Source: Parcubacteria group bacterium (lineage in GTDB: Bacteria; Patescibacteriota; Minisyncoccia; Phycocordibacterales; Phycocordibacteraceae). Taken from it: DNA of 64,000 nucleotides. The stretch lies in contig JAQBRG010000003.1 in the NCBI GenBank assembly GCA_028286615.1, positions 147,406 to 211,405 on the forward strand. Direction: 5' to 3'. Positions 1 to 10,376 of the stretch are shown here, one piece after another; the first letter of the stretch is position 1, and every line of letters starts with the position of its first letter. The position numbers and the translations under genes are program-made. The notes under the pieces are model-generated. The model made no database searches, was not told where the DNA came from, and saw nothing but the letters and a program-made list of their open reading frames with translations.

Positions 1-222
1 GGCAGCTTCATAGCGACCAGCTCGTTGCAGTGCCTTGACGGCTTTTGAACGAAGAACGATATGGCCGTCATCATTATCATTGCCGAGTTTTCCGGCAATT
101 GGATTCTGGCGTAGCTCCTCGTCAGTTGCCAGTGGAATTTGAACTCCTACCCATTGTTCTCGGATTTCAAGCGGAGCGAGAACTCCAGGCGGAATATCAA
201 TAATGCGAATAGAACTCATCAG
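1..222 (-). CDS. hypothetical protein, 5' portion (ATG at 222, runs off window start)
   Basis: Reverse-complement of 1-222 translates from ATG without a stop (MSSIRIIDIPPGVLAPLEIREQWVGVQIPLATDEEL...). Not in ORF track because it is open at the window edge. Confidence 0.4.
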   Translation of the reverse strand, partial: MMSSIRIIDIPPGVLAPLEIREQWVGVQIPLATDEELRQNPIAGKLGNDNDDGHIVLRSKAVKALQRAGRYEAA

Positions 223-361
223 AGCCTCCTTAGCTGCTGGTTGAAGCCAACATATCATATTCAAAAGCAAAGGCACGCTTTCACCTGGAGACAGGTTCTT
301 CTATGATGTTCCATTCCAGGGTATGTAAGCCTGCTCTTCATTTCCATGCTAGATTTTTGGT

Positions 362-868
362 ATGAGAATCCCAGTTGTTGACCGAAACGATATACAGATC
401 GCGACAAAAGAGCGAGACAATCTCGAACCAGGCGATTTTTACCGTGTCTCGGCACTTTGGCTTACAAATTCAAAAAGAGAAATCCTACTCGCTCAGAGAG
501 CTCTCTCCAAGGAAAATAGTCCTGGGAAATGGGGGCCAGCCGTTGCAGGAACTGTTGAAGAAGGAGAAACATACGACGTAAATATTGTGAAGGAAATTTC
601 CGAAGAAATAGGGATTTTTGTTTCCATAGATCAACTCAGAAGAGGTCCCAAGCTTTTTATTCATACTACAGAAAAAGGTTTCTTCGATCAGTGGTACTTC
701 TATACTGTCGATCTGTCTCTTGAGGAATTCGTTATACAAGAAGATGAGGTAGCTCAGATCCGATGGGTAAGCCAGGATGTTCTTGAGAAATGGTATGCCG
801 AGCATCCGGAAGAGTTTCTATCAAATACTTCTCAGTGGCTTCCCCAACTCCTTTCATATTCTAGTTAG
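362..868 (+). CDS. NUDIX hydrolase
   Basis: Nudix box GTVEEGETYDVNIVKEISEEIGI (GX5EX7REUXEEXGU pattern) seen in the translation. Confidence 0.8.
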   Translation: MRIPVVDRNDIQIATKERDNLEPGDFYRVSALWLTNSKREILLAQRALSKENSPGKWGPAVAGTVEEGETYDVNIVKEISEEIGIFVSIDQLRRGPKLFIHTTEKGFFDQWYFYTVDLSLEEFVIQEDEVAQIRWVSQDVLEKWYAEHPEEFLSNTSQWLPQLLSYSS

Positions 869-967
869 AATCTTGCATCAAGCGTTGATGGATTAAGAAT
901 TGTTTTGAGCAAAAGTAGAACGCTCAATCTTGTGAGATCGAGCGCTGTTCCACTTTCGGTGGAAATT

Positions 968-1099
968 CTATTGGGACCGCCTCTTCTGCAGAAAGCGGTC
1001 GATGAGAGGAGCGAAGATGATGGCGACAACCATAATGCCGCTGACCAGCAGCATGCCGCTCTTTTCGCCGAGCCGGTCACGGATGAGGTCGTACCTCAT
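968..1099 (-). CDS. 43-aa single-TM micro-protein (MRYDLIRDRLGEKSGMLLVSGIMVVAIIFAPLIDRFLQKRRSQ)
   Basis: Hand-translated minus-strand ORF with ATG and TAG and a clean C-terminal hydrophobic helix. No obvious SD. Below the ORF-track size cutoff. Confidence 0.3.
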   Translation of the reverse strand: MRYDLIRDRLGEKSGMLLVSGIMVVAIIFAPLIDRFLQKRRSQ

Positions 1100-1198
1100 G
1101 AAGAGAATCACAGCGTCCCATCACGACCCAGCGTTCGCACACCTGAGCATCAAATACGAAACCCGCCAGAGGTCCTAAGGACTTGGCGGGTGGCTCGT

Positions 1199-1891
1199 TT
1201 AGAGCGTGATGATGCTTTCCCAAGAAGGAGTTGCCCACCCTGGATCGGCGTCAAGCTCGCTGTCGCGCTTCATTTTGATTTTACCGCCATATACATAGAA
1301 GTCCGGGACAAACAGTTTGTGGTTTGTATCCAAGATGCGGGAACCAGATGCGTGCAAGTTGTGGTCGCTAAAGATCTCAGGGTTAATAATCGTGAGAGCA
1401 AGAACCTCTTCAACATTCATTGCGTGTCGAGGCGTGAGTTCGACACCAGCTTTGTAGGGGCTAAGTCCCAGGGACTTGTAGCCGCACTCCACATTAACCA
1501 GAAGATAAGGCGCGGCTGTGGGTCGGTCGGGAGCGTCCACGACATTCACAATATCCTCCGGGTTAAGAAAGCTATGCGATGACTTTCCCTTATATCGCAC
1601 CGTCTGAAGCTGATCTTCAAAGGGCATCAATCCAAACGGAAAAACAAGGACGAGTGGAAGGTTCCTCGACTCGCCAGAAGGCACAGAGATGGAGTCGGGA
1701 ACTTTCTCTCGTAGCAGGAAGAATAAGTCACTAGCCTCCTTTATGAACTTAAAACGGGTGCCCGAAGGACTGAACTTCCTGGCTTGGGCATCTAGGATGT
1801 CCAGCAGCTCTTGGTTGCTATAGCTCGGCATGTCTACCTCTCCTTTGAATTGGACTGAACACATTTCAACATATCTGTTACGTTTTGACAA
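1199..1891 (-). CDS. hypothetical protein
   Basis: 230-aa ORF with protein-like composition. The overlapping plus-strand ORF 905-1582 is low-complexity and preferred as antisense artefact. Confidence 0.5.
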   Translation of the reverse strand: MSKRNRYVEMCSVQFKGEVDMPSYSNQELLDILDAQARKFSPSGTRFKFIKEASDLFFLLREKVPDSISVPSGESRNLPLVLVFPFGLMPFEDQLQTVRYKGKSSHSFLNPEDIVNVVDAPDRPTAAPYLLVNVECGYKSLGLSPYKAGVELTPRHAMNVEEVLALTIINPEIFSDHNLHASGSRILDTNHKLFVPDFYVYGGKIKMKRDSELDADPGWATPSWESIITL

Positions 1892-1900
1892 CTGGCAATA

Positions 1901-2000
1901 GAAAAACCGCCCTTCCGGGCGGCTTCTCTTACTTCTTAACTTCTTTGTATATAACCCGCTGGCGGAGCGTTGGGTCGAACTTCATGAGTTCGATCTTGCG
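1901..2000 (-). repeat. direct repeat copy 1: truncated rpmG 3' end (last 23 codons) plus terminator hairpin
   Basis: 100 bp, 97/100 identical to 2749-2848. Minus strand reads ...LFTRKIELMKFDPTLRQRVIYKEVKK* followed by hairpin GCCGCCCGGAAGGGCGG and a T-run. An upstream in-frame stop shows it is a fragment. Confidence 0.85.
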
Positions 2001-2022
2001 AGTGAACAATTAAATATTTAAG

Positions 2023-2691
2023 TTATTCTGGTATAACCTTCACAAAAGAGTAGCTGCCTTTTGAAAGGTCATATTTCCAGATTTCTTTTGAGGATGTGCG
2101 TGAGAAGCCGTATTCATTAGTCTCATCTATAACAACTTCATACGCAGTAACGTCTATTGAATCTTTATCGTTCCACACATATGAATCAATTACAGGATTA
2201 ACTCCGTTACTGCTTGCAAAGGGTGGCTTAATTGAAATAATTTTTGAATTATTTAGATCAACTAAAGTTATCTTAAAATCTCCACACCCTGCTCCACAAG
2301 CGGTATAACTTCCAAAACTTAGGTAAGCGCTATTGGGAGAGAAAACAGGATTGTCTTTTATAGTTCCAGCAAAGTTTCCAATAACCTTTCCGTTCAAACT
2401 TATATTATAAATTGGGTTTCTGGAGGCTTGACCTGATTCAGAAAAAGATATTTTTGAACTAGTTGTTTGACTTGTAAATACTTTCCTTGTAACACCCTTA
2501 TCTGCAGTTATAGAGAAAATAGGAGCGGGTACATGAAGAGTGTTAGCAGTATGCGATACGGGAGTCGTAGCAGTAGCGTCGGGCAGGCTTACATCTTGTC
2601 GGTTATGAGTAAGCCAGTAGAAAGAAGGTACTCCTAAGATAATGAGGAATATTACAATCAAGATTGCTAGTGTCCGCTTGCTCGTATTCAT
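2023..2691 (-). CDS. signal-anchored secreted/surface protein, AT-rich (likely acquired)
   Basis: N-terminal hydrophobic anchor LAILIVIFLIILGV followed by Ser/Thr/Asn-rich domain. AT-rich codon usage unlike neighbours. Lies exactly between the two rpmG 3'-end repeat copies. Confidence 0.6.
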   Translation of the reverse strand: MNTSKRTLAILIVIFLIILGVPSFYWLTHNRQDVSLPDATATTPVSHTANTLHVPAPIFSITADKGVTRKVFTSQTTSSKISFSESGQASRNPIYNISLNGKVIGNFAGTIKDNPVFSPNSAYLSFGSYTACGAGCGDFKITLVDLNNSKIISIKPPFASSNGVNPVIDSYVWNDKDSIDVTAYEVVIDETNEYGFSRTSSKEIWKYDLSKGSYSFVKVIPE

Positions 2692-2748
2692 TTGTTCTAT
2701 TGTACTACCCCTTCCCTTGGGAAAGGCTTCTATTCAGATATTTCAAAA

Positions 2749-2848
2749 GAAAAACCGCCCTTTCGGGCGGCTTCTCTTACTTCTTAACTTCTTTGTATAT
2801 AACCCGCTGGCGAAGCGTTGGGTCGAACTTCATGAGTTCGATTTTGCG
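2749..2848 (-). repeat. direct repeat copy 2 (intact rpmG 3' end plus terminator)
   Basis: Matches 1901-2000 with 3 mismatches. Part of the functional rpmG gene and its terminator. Confidence 0.85.
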
Positions 2849-2932
2849 CTCAACCTTCTTCTTATTCTTGCGGCTGAAATAGACGTGTTCCGACTTCGTT
2901 GAGCGGAGTTTTATAAGGCGATCCTGTGACAT
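2777..2932 (-). CDS. rpmG: 50S ribosomal protein L33
   Basis: 51-aa translation MSQDRLIKLRSTKSEHVYFSRKNKKKVERKIELMKFDPTLRQRVIYKEVKK. C-terminal (K/R)xELxKFDPxxRxHVxYKExKK pattern typical of L33. Followed by a rho-independent terminator. Below ORF-track cutoff. Confidence 0.85.
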   Translation of the reverse strand: MSQDRLIKLRSTKSEHVYFSRKNKKKVERKIELMKFDPTLRQRVIYKEVKK

Positions 2933-2959
2933 GCAGGGACTATAGCAAGCAGCCAGCTG

Positions 2960-5656
2960 TTACGCAACCGCGGCAACCTTAGGGCGGGAGACGCGCTTGG
3001 CGGTCTTTCGAACCTCAAAGTGTGGTGCGCCTAGCTTGAGTGAGACTTCCACATGACCGCCTTCCATAACACCCTGGTCAACCATGAGAGAGGCTATAGG
3101 GGTAAGGATATGGTCCTGGATAGCACGTTTGAGCGGTCGAGCGCCGTACTGGGGGTTGTATCCCTTATCAGCAAGCCAGGTCTCAACCTCAGGAGCAATG
3201 TTAAGCGTTATACGCTTCTCTCCTAGACGGCGCACAACCTCCGCAACCTGGTTCGTTACAATCCGCGTAATAGTCTCCTTAGAGAGGACGTCGAAGGTAA
3301 CAATGTCGTCGAGACGGTTGAGGAACTCAGGACGGAAGTGGTCTTTGAGTGCAGTCATAACCTTCTCCTTAATTCCTTCGTAGCGTACAGCGTCGTCTGC
3401 GTCGCTATGGGCAAATCCGATACCCGCCATACGGTCTATGAACTCAGCTCCTATGTTAGAGGTTAGGACAATGATGGTGTTCTTGAAGTTAACCTTCCTT
3501 CCCTTTCCGTCTGTAAGGTGTCCGGAGTCGAGCACCTGGAGAAGAATGTTGAACACTTCTGGATGCGCCTTCTCAATCTCGTCGAAGAGCACAACGGCGT
3601 ATGGGCGATGGCGAATGCGTTCAGTAAGAGAACCGGACTCTTCGTATCCAACATAGCCCGGAGGTGCACCAATAAGCTTTGAGATGGAATGCTTCTCCAT
3701 GAACTCGCTCATATCAACACGAACGAGTGAGTCTTTGTCGTTAAACATGAACTCTGCAAGCTGGCGAGAGAGTTCTGTCTTTCCAACACCGGTTGGTCCC
3801 ATAAAGAGGAACGAGCCAATAGGACGATTAGGATCTGAGATACCTACACGAGATCGCTTAACGGCGTTTGTTATAGCCTTAACTGCAGCGTCTTGTCCTA
3901 TAACCGCTTCCTTAAGTGCATCTTCCATGCGAGCAAGCTTTGAAGCTTCTTCCTCGATCATCTTTGCTAGAGGAATACCGGTCCAACGGGAGACAACTCC
4001 TGCGATCTCATGCTCGGTAACTTCTTCGTGAAGGATGCGACGAGACTTCTGAAGAGTCTTGAGGCGCTTCGTCTTGAGTTCGAGTTCCTTCTGAAGATGC
4101 GGAATGCGTCCGTAACGGATTTCTGCCGCAGTTCCAAGGTCTGCTGTTGCTTCAGCGTTGTCTGCCTGTACACGAAGCGTATCGAGTTCGGTCTTTATGC
4201 CACGAATACTCTGAAGGACTTCCTTTTCGTTCTTCCACTTAAGCTCAAGCTCTGAAGTTTTCTCTCGAAGATCTGCAATCTCAGTATCAATCGCCCTCAC
4301 ACGCTCGCGTGCTTCTTTAGCATGCTCACGCTCTTGGCCCGTCTGAGTCTCGTCATCCTTCTTAAGGGCTTCCTTCTCAATTTCAAGTCGGCGAATCTTT
4401 CTATCAGTTTCTTCAAGCTGTGGAGGCTTGTTCTCTAGAGCAATACGGAGACCTGAAGCGGCCTCATCTATAAGGTCTATAGCTTTGTCTGGGAGGAATC
4501 GGTCCGTTATGTAGCGGCTTGAGAATTCAACGGCAGACACAATAGCGCCATCTGTTATACGGACACCGTGGAAGAGTTCGTACTTGTCGCGAAGTCCGCG
4601 AAGGATAGCAACCGCGTCTTCAGTTGATGGCTCGTTCACAAACACTGGCTGGAAGCGACGCGTAAGAGCGGCGTCCTTTTCGATGTGCTGCTGGTATTCC
4701 TTGAGCGTTGTTGCGCCAATCATACGAATCTCGCCACGAGAGAGCGCAGGCTTAAGCATGTTCGTTGCATCCATAGAGCCTTCAGCAGCTCCGGCACCAA
4801 CGAGCGTGTGGAGCTCGTCCACGAAGAGAATAACCTTCCCTTCTGAACGCTCCACTTCTTTCATAACGCCCTTCATGCGCTCTTCGAACTCTCCTCGATA
4901 CTTCGTACCTGCGATCATAAGACCAAGGTCTAGAGAAAGAAGCTCCTTTCCGCGAAGAGATTCTGGAACGTCTCCTGTTGCAATGCGAGTTGCGAGTCCC
5001 TCAGCAATAGCCGTCTTTCCAACACCTGCTTCTCCTATAAGGACAGGGTTGTTCTTGGTGCGGCGAGCGAGGATTTGTATAACGCGTCCTATTTCAAGGT
5101 CTCGGCCAATAACAGGATCAAGCGCATTGTCTGCTGCCATCTTGGTTAGATTGCGCGTGTACTTAGCGAGTGCACGAAAACGTTTAGGTTCTCCGCTCTG
5201 TCCGTCCTTTGATGTTTTAAGTTCTTTAAGTACTGAAAGCACTGTCTCTGCATCAATGCGGAAACGAGATATAACATCCGCTGCAGGTCCTGGGTGTTCG
5301 AGCACCGCCACAAAGAGGTGTTCGGTACCCACAAACGGGTCGTTCATGCGGGCTGCAACTTTTCCAGCAGCTTCTAGCACTTCTGCCAGTTCAGGCGTTA
5401 AGTACAGGTTGTAGCTAGGAGAGAGGGTTGAGGCTGTCTCAGGAATCTCGAGGATCTCAAGAAGCATGTCTGCAAGAAGCATGGTGTCTATGTCCATGCG
5501 GTCGAGCACAGAGAACACGAGACTCTCCTCCTGATGTAGGAGAGCGGTTAAAAGATGAAGAGGGCTCACATGGTTCTGGCCACGTTCAATAGCCAGCTCG
5601 TGTGCCTTCTTTATCGCTTCTTTTGCTTTGGTGGTGAAGTTTTTGAAAGGGGGCAT
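2960..5656 (-). CDS. clpB: ATP-dependent chaperone ClpB
   Basis: 898 aa with N-terminal Clp repeat domain, two AAA+ modules ([10 protein letters not shown] and [10 protein letters not shown] Walker A motifs) and a middle coiled-coil. Confidence 0.95.
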   Translation of the reverse strand: MPPFKNFTTKAKEAIKKAHELAIERGQNHVSPLHLLTALLHQEESLVFSVLDRMDIDTMLLADMLLEILEIPETASTLSPSYNLYLTPELAEVLEAAGKVAARMNDPFVGTEHLFVAVLEHPGPAADVISRFRIDAETVLSVLKELKTSKDGQSGEPKRFRALAKYTRNLTKMAADNALDPVIGRDLEIGRVIQILARRTKNNPVLIGEAGVGKTAIAEGLATRIATGDVPESLRGKELLSLDLGLMIAGTKYRGEFEERMKGVMKEVERSEGKVILFVDELHTLVGAGAAEGSMDATNMLKPALSRGEIRMIGATTLKEYQQHIEKDAALTRRFQPVFVNEPSTEDAVAILRGLRDKYELFHGVRITDGAIVSAVEFSSRYITDRFLPDKAIDLIDEAASGLRIALENKPPQLEETDRKIRRLEIEKEALKKDDETQTGQEREHAKEARERVRAIDTEIADLREKTSELELKWKNEKEVLQSIRGIKTELDTLRVQADNAEATADLGTAAEIRYGRIPHLQKELELKTKRLKTLQKSRRILHEEVTEHEIAGVVSRWTGIPLAKMIEEEASKLARMEDALKEAVIGQDAAVKAITNAVKRSRVGISDPNRPIGSFLFMGPTGVGKTELSRQLAEFMFNDKDSLVRVDMSEFMEKHSISKLIGAPPGYVGYEESGSLTERIRHRPYAVVLFDEIEKAHPEVFNILLQVLDSGHLTDGKGRKVNFKNTIIVLTSNIGAEFIDRMAGIGFAHSDADDAVRYEGIKEKVMTALKDHFRPEFLNRLDDIVTFDVLSKETITRIVTNQVAEVVRRLGEKRITLNIAPEVETWLADKGYNPQYGARPLKRAIQDHILTPIASLMVDQGVMEGGHVEVSLKLGAPHFEVRKTAKRVSRPKVAAVA

Positions 5657-5690
5657 AGATATCTATGATGACGTAACCAAGCTACCGTTA

Positions 5691-6464
5691 TTACGGCGCT
5701 GGAGCTAGTAATGTTGAGATCTTCTCGGCGCTCGCAAATATACCCGGGACCGAAGTTGCGATGCCGATAATATCGCCTGAAATGTTAACTGCAGCCGCCC
5801 CTACAGGAACACCGCTGACGTTAGAGTGTATTCCTTCTGTGTCTATCTTGGCAATAATGCCTGTCTGCGCGCTTCCTGTGGCTGTTATCGCAACAAGAGT
5901 CTGTCCTTGCTTCAGGTCTTTAGAACTAATTAAGTCTGGCGAGGGGGCACTTGGAAGCACCGCAGCATCAGCAAAACCATAGATGGTTAGGGTTGCGCCA
6001 GGCTTAGAGAGCGATGCTTGAACCGCGGCTCCGTTAGCGAACTCGATAGTTGCCTCCTTAGGAAGGTTTTGCACAGTTGCCGTTACCACAACCTTCGACT
6101 TTGGAAGGAATGTTCCAACCGCTATTACAGGAGTTGAGGTGCCGTTACCTTTATGAATCTCAACCGTGCGAGCAACGTCAGCGCTAATAGCAGCTGAGAG
6201 AAGATCCTCGTCTCGTATTACTACGGTCTGCGTTTGGGGCTTTGGCGTAACGATAGTTGCAAGAGGCGTACCTGTCGCAACGCGTTCAACCGTGCGTTCC
6301 ACTATTTGATTAACGGTCTGAGTAACGGTTGGTGGAGCTACGTCCAAAAGCGATACGGTTAATACGCAGGTCGCGATTGAGGTTACGAAGTTCACGAGCA
6401 CCATTAGCCAGAGCAACTGTGTTTTTGTTAGGTCCTCGATGTTCATGTACCTATTATAGCTCAC
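5691..6464 (-). CDS. membrane-anchored hypothetical protein
   Basis: N-terminal TM helix then Ala/Thr/Val-rich extracytoplasmic domain. No recognisable catalytic motif. Confidence 0.5.
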   Translation of the reverse strand: MSYNRYMNIEDLTKTQLLWLMVLVNFVTSIATCVLTVSLLDVAPPTVTQTVNQIVERTVERVATGTPLATIVTPKPQTQTVVIRDEDLLSAAISADVARTVEIHKGNGTSTPVIAVGTFLPKSKVVVTATVQNLPKEATIEFANGAAVQASLSKPGATLTIYGFADAAVLPSAPSPDLISSKDLKQGQTLVAITATGSAQTGIIAKIDTEGIHSNVSGVPVGAAAVNISGDIIGIATSVPGIFASAEKISTLLAPAP

Positions 6465-6599
6465 AGGAGATTTCTTTTAAATGTGGGTTAGCTGTAAGTT
6501 TGTCTATTCTTAAATCTCGTTTGACATTTATAAATAGACTTGCAGTATTGCTTACTTTTTGGGATAGTCATGTGGAACGATCTTTAAAAGGAGGAAGTC

Positions 6600-7220
6600 G
6601 TGTTTGAAGCATTTGACCTGTTCATACTTGATCGCTGTTTCGAACCGCTTTCAAGAGAAATCCAGAAAGCCTTCAACATAACCAATTATACCGTTGCGAA
6701 AATCATACTGATGACCGCGACGGCCGTGATTGCAGTTGCGATGATAATTAACTTAACTAATGGTCAGACATTCGGATTTGGCACAACGGTGTACATTGCA
6801 ACAGTTGCCTGGCCGTCCCTGAAACTGGCCATGCGTCTCGAAACTGAGTCGGAGAAGGGTTCTGAGACTCTTCCAAATTTCCGTGTATCGAACCGAAGTA
6901 CAGAGGTCGGACGTATCGTCTTTAATAGAAAGTGGATACTGGCTATATTTATTCTCGCGTTCTTTCTGAGGGTGATCCTTTGGATTACTGCTTCCATTTG
7001 GTTTAAAGATTATGTCCCGCCTCCCCAGCCAGTACAGCACGTAAACACTCCCGACCTTTCAAGTGAGGCGATGAGCAGAATCATGAGCGCATTTGCAGTC
7101 TGTCTCATGACTGTAGAAATCGGGATGTACTTTCTGTCCTGTACGCCTCGTCCAAGACGCAGATTGCACAAAGAAGCGCCCGCGTCGTTAAGGCCGGCAT
7201 TGGTAAAATCCACAAACTAG
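6600..7220 (+). CDS. polytopic membrane protein, hypothetical
   Basis: GTG start preceded by SD AAAGGAGGAAG at optimal spacing. Several hydrophobic helices. Confidence 0.6.
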   Translation: MFEAFDLFILDRCFEPLSREIQKAFNITNYTVAKIILMTATAVIAVAMIINLTNGQTFGFGTTVYIATVAWPSLKLAMRLETESEKGSETLPNFRVSNRSTEVGRIVFNRKWILAIFILAFFLRVILWITASIWFKDYVPPPQPVQHVNTPDLSSEAMSRIMSAFAVCLMTVEIGMYFLSCTPRPRRRLHKEAPASLRPALVKSTN

Positions 7221-7276
7221 AGGCTTATGCCTCGGCACTCGTTATGCGGGTGCTTCTTCTTTATATAAACTGTAAA

Positions 7277-8461
7277 TTAGATTTCGACTGACTTGTTATC
7301 TAGAAATTGCACGGCATTAATAAGCGCTTCTGAAAATCGCATCAAGTCTGCGCCTCGCGTTTCCGGTCCCCAAGATACTCGAAGTGTAGAAACTGCTCGT
7401 GCTTCGTCATTCGTAAGAGCAAGGACAGCACGAGATCCTTCTTCGCTATCAGACTCGCACGCGCTCTTTGTAGAGACAGCAAATCCTGCTTCGTCTAGAA
7501 GTGCTGCAAGATAATCTGTATCACGTCCTATAAAGGAAAGGTTAAGGATGTGGGGTGCCTGTTCCTTCCCTTCGTTAACTTCAACCTTTTCTACTTTCTT
7601 AATACTCTCAAGCAAAGCCTTCCGAGAATTCAGTGCAGACTCTACAAACTTCTCTCTTCCTTTGTCAGCATCCTCAAGAGCAACAACGAATGCGGCCGCG
7701 AGCGCATGAGGTTCGGTACCTGGACGCATGCCTCGTTCCTGTCCTCCGCCACGTATTAAAGGAAGGAGCGGAACATGCCTTGGAGCAATTAATACTCCTA
7801 TGCCTCGGACTCCTCCAACTTTCTGTGCATCGAGCGAAAGCATGTCTGCCCCGAGACGATTTAACTCATAGGATGTAACAAGAGGAGCTTGGCTCGCATC
7901 AACATGGAGCGTTATGTGCTTTCCGTTTTCTTTGTTGTACGCATCAAGCACTCGGCGTACATCTCGTACGTCATACAGCGCACCTGTTTCTCCGCAGACT
8001 AAGTCCATGCATACAAGTACCGTGTTGGGCGTTAGAGAGCTCTTAAGAGCAGCAAGGTCAGCTGCTCCGTCTTTGAGGGTTATGGGAGAAAGAGATACGC
8101 CTCGTTTTCCGAGTATGGCTAGCGCTCCTCCAATAGAGGAGTGCGCGCTTGGCATATACAACACGTGCATGTCTTTTGCTTCCCTTCCTGCTTTAACCAA
8201 AGCTTTTATATGTCCGCGTATAGCTAGTGCATTGGCTTCTGTTGCGTTAGCGGTAAAGATAACGGCTTCTGCTTTGGTACCCGCGAGTTTTGCAATGCGC
8301 GCTCGTGCGTCTTCGAGAATGGCTTTAGCGGCTCTCCCTTCTGTATGTGGAGAAGAAGGATTTCCGAACGCATCGAGCGCAACATCAAATACCCGCTTCG
8401 CACGAGCTGAGGTTGGAGCAGCCGCTGCCCAGTCCAAATAGATTCTTTTACTGCCAAACAT
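7277..8461 (-). CDS. cysteine desulfurase (class V aminotransferase, NifS/IscS/SufS-like)
   Basis: PLP-lysine context SLDAQKVGGVRG, HTEGR motif, C-terminal active Cys region STKSACESDSEEGS. Confidence 0.85.
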   Translation of the reverse strand: MFGSKRIYLDWAAAAPTSARAKRVFDVALDAFGNPSSPHTEGRAAKAILEDARARIAKLAGTKAEAVIFTANATEANALAIRGHIKALVKAGREAKDMHVLYMPSAHSSIGGALAILGKRGVSLSPITLKDGAADLAALKSSLTPNTVLVCMDLVCGETGALYDVRDVRRVLDAYNKENGKHITLHVDASQAPLVTSYELNRLGADMLSLDAQKVGGVRGIGVLIAPRHVPLLPLIRGGGQERGMRPGTEPHALAAAFVVALEDADKGREKFVESALNSRKALLESIKKVEKVEVNEGKEQAPHILNLSFIGRDTDYLAALLDEAGFAVSTKSACESDSEEGSRAVLALTNDEARAVSTLRVSWGPETRGADLMRFSEALINAVQFLDNKSVEI

Positions 8462-8523
8462 ATACCTCTAGCCTGCAGCCTACATTGCAATTATGCAAGT
8501 AAAATGGTCTATTATAAGCATCT

Positions 8524-10002
8524 ATGGCACAAAGCACCCGACCACCGATCGTGGCCGTTATGGGTCATATTGACCACGGCAAATCATCTCTTCTGGATTA
8601 CATCCGGAAGGCTAATGTCACAGCTGGCGAAGCTGGAGGCATAACCCAGCACGTTTCAGCGTACGAAGCTGAGCACGAACACGATGGTGTTACGCGCACC
8701 ATAACCTTCCTCGACACTCCAGGACACGAGGCCTTTCGTGCACTTCGCGCTCGCGGAGCAGCAGCGGCTGATGTTGCTATTCTCGTGCTCGCTTCAGACG
8801 AAGGGGTGAAGCCTCAGACGCTTGAAGCATACGAAGCAATAACCGAGTCTGGTATTCCTTTCGTTGTTGCGCTAACCAAGATGGACAAGAACGGTGCTGA
8901 TGTTGAGAAAGCAAAACTCTCAGCACTTGAGCACGGCATATACCTTGAAGGACTTGGAGGCTCCATTCCCTTTGCAGCAGTGTCTTCAAAGACGGGAGAA
9001 GGAGTTCCAGAGCTTCTCGATCTCGTGCTTATAACAGCAGACCTTGCAGAACTAACCGCAGACCCAGACGCTCCTGCAAGCGGATTCATTCTTGAATCTT
9101 CTCAGGATCCAAAACAGGGTCTTGCCGCCACGCTTATCCTTAAAGAAGGAACGCTTAACACCGGGGACTTTGTTATTGCCGGAAACGCCATTGCTCCCGT
9201 TCGCTTTATTGAAGACTTCAAAGGTGCCCGTCTAGCGAAAGCTATTGCGTCCCAGCCTATTCGTATTTCAGGCTTTTCTATGCAACCGCCTGCAGGCACT
9301 CCGTTCGCTTCTACAAGCAACAAGAAGGAAGCTGAAAAGCTCGCTGCTATGACAGAAACTGCTCCTGCTAAAGTTCGTGACGCTATTACCGAGAACGGAC
9401 ACGCCGTACTTCCTATCATTCTTAAAGCAGACGTAACCGGAAGCATTGAAGCCATCAAGCATGAGCTCGCAAAGATTGCTCATGACCGCGTAAAGGTACG
9501 CATTGTAATTGAAGGTATCGGAGCTGTTGCTGAGAACGATGTGAAGACCGCGCAGTCTGCAGGAGGCACTATTATCGCCTTCCATGTACCGACCGCTTCT
9601 TCTGCTCGCGATCTGGCAGAACGCACAGGCGTAACCATCGATACCTACGACATTATCTACGAACTCAAAGAGCGCGTGGAAGAACTCGTAAAGGAACGTG
9701 CACCTAAGATAACAACGGAAGAACTTCTTGGAGAGGCAAAGGTGCTTAAAGTGTTTAGCTCAGGCGGCAACAAGCAGACTCTTGGTGCTCGTTGGATCTC
9801 TGGCGCCCTAACCGTTGGCAATACCGTTAAGATAGACCGTCGTGGTATTCACGTAGGCAACGCAAAGCTAACCAATCTCCAGGTTGCTCGTTCAGATGTT
9901 AAAGAGATTCATATCGAAGGAGAGTTTGGTCTTCAGATTGAAGGCAAGTACGAAGCAGCTGCAGGAGACTCTCTTATCGCCTTCCGCATGACCGAAAGCT
10001 AA
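8524..10002 (+). CDS. infB: translation initiation factor IF-2 (short form, G domain to C-terminus)
   Basis: G1 motif GHIDHGKSSLLD, DTPGHEAF, TKMDK. Followed by rbfA as in the canonical operon. Only 492 aa, so it lacks N-terminal domains. Confidence 0.9.
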   Translation: MAQSTRPPIVAVMGHIDHGKSSLLDYIRKANVTAGEAGGITQHVSAYEAEHEHDGVTRTITFLDTPGHEAFRALRARGAAAADVAILVLASDEGVKPQTLEAYEAITESGIPFVVALTKMDKNGADVEKAKLSALEHGIYLEGLGGSIPFAAVSSKTGEGVPELLDLVLITADLAELTADPDAPASGFILESSQDPKQGLAATLILKEGTLNTGDFVIAGNAIAPVRFIEDFKGARLAKAIASQPIRISGFSMQPPAGTPFASTSNKKEAEKLAAMTETAPAKVRDAITENGHAVLPIILKADVTGSIEAIKHELAKIAHDRVKVRIVIEGIGAVAENDVKTAQSAGGTIIAFHVPTASSARDLAERTGVTIDTYDIIYELKERVEELVKERAPKITTEELLGEAKVLKVFSSGGNKQTLGARWISGALTVGNTVKIDRRGIHVGNAKLTNLQVARSDVKEIHIEGEFGLQIEGKYEAAAGDSLIAFRMTES

Positions 10003-10003
10003 T

Positions 10004-10342
10004 ATGAGCGACCGAGATAATCGTGCGCTCTCTATAATCCTCGAAAGCGCTGGTGCATACATTTCGCGCGAAGCAGGACGCAACACGCTAATTACGCCTA
10101 CTCGCGTGATGCTCTCGAGCGATCGCAAGGACGCAACTATTTTTGTAAGCGTGTTCCCTGATGGCGAGGAGAAGCAGGCGCTTTCCTTCCTCATTAGACA
10201 TAAGGATATGTTCCGCAACGAACTTAAGAAGACTCGTCTTATGCGACTTCCCTTCATACACTTCGAGATAGATTATGGCGAAAAGAACCGCCAGCATTTG
10301 GAAGAGATTTCCAAGGACTTAGATATAGAACCTGAGGTATAG
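10004..10342 (+). CDS. rbfA: ribosome-binding factor A
   Basis: 112 aa. Position immediately after infB. RbfA-like KH fold signature (NTLITPTRVMLSSDRKDATIFVS). Confidence 0.8.
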   Translation: MSDRDNRALSIILESAGAYISREAGRNTLITPTRVMLSSDRKDATIFVSVFPDGEEKQALSFLIRHKDMFRNELKKTRLMRLPFIHFEIDYGEKNRQHLEEISKDLDIEPEV

Positions 10343-10376
10343 CGCCCTAGGCTTAAGCACGATAATATCGGGGTAC

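Noticed and set aside
905-1582. 225-aa plus-strand ORF overlapping the minus-strand gene 1199-1891
   Set aside because: Low-complexity, Arg/Pro/Ser-rich translation typical of antisense frames. The minus-strand frame is more protein-like.
3084-5414. Several plus-strand ORFs (99-276 aa) inside clpB
   Set aside because: Antisense to an unambiguous ClpB gene. Ser/Arg-rich artefacts.
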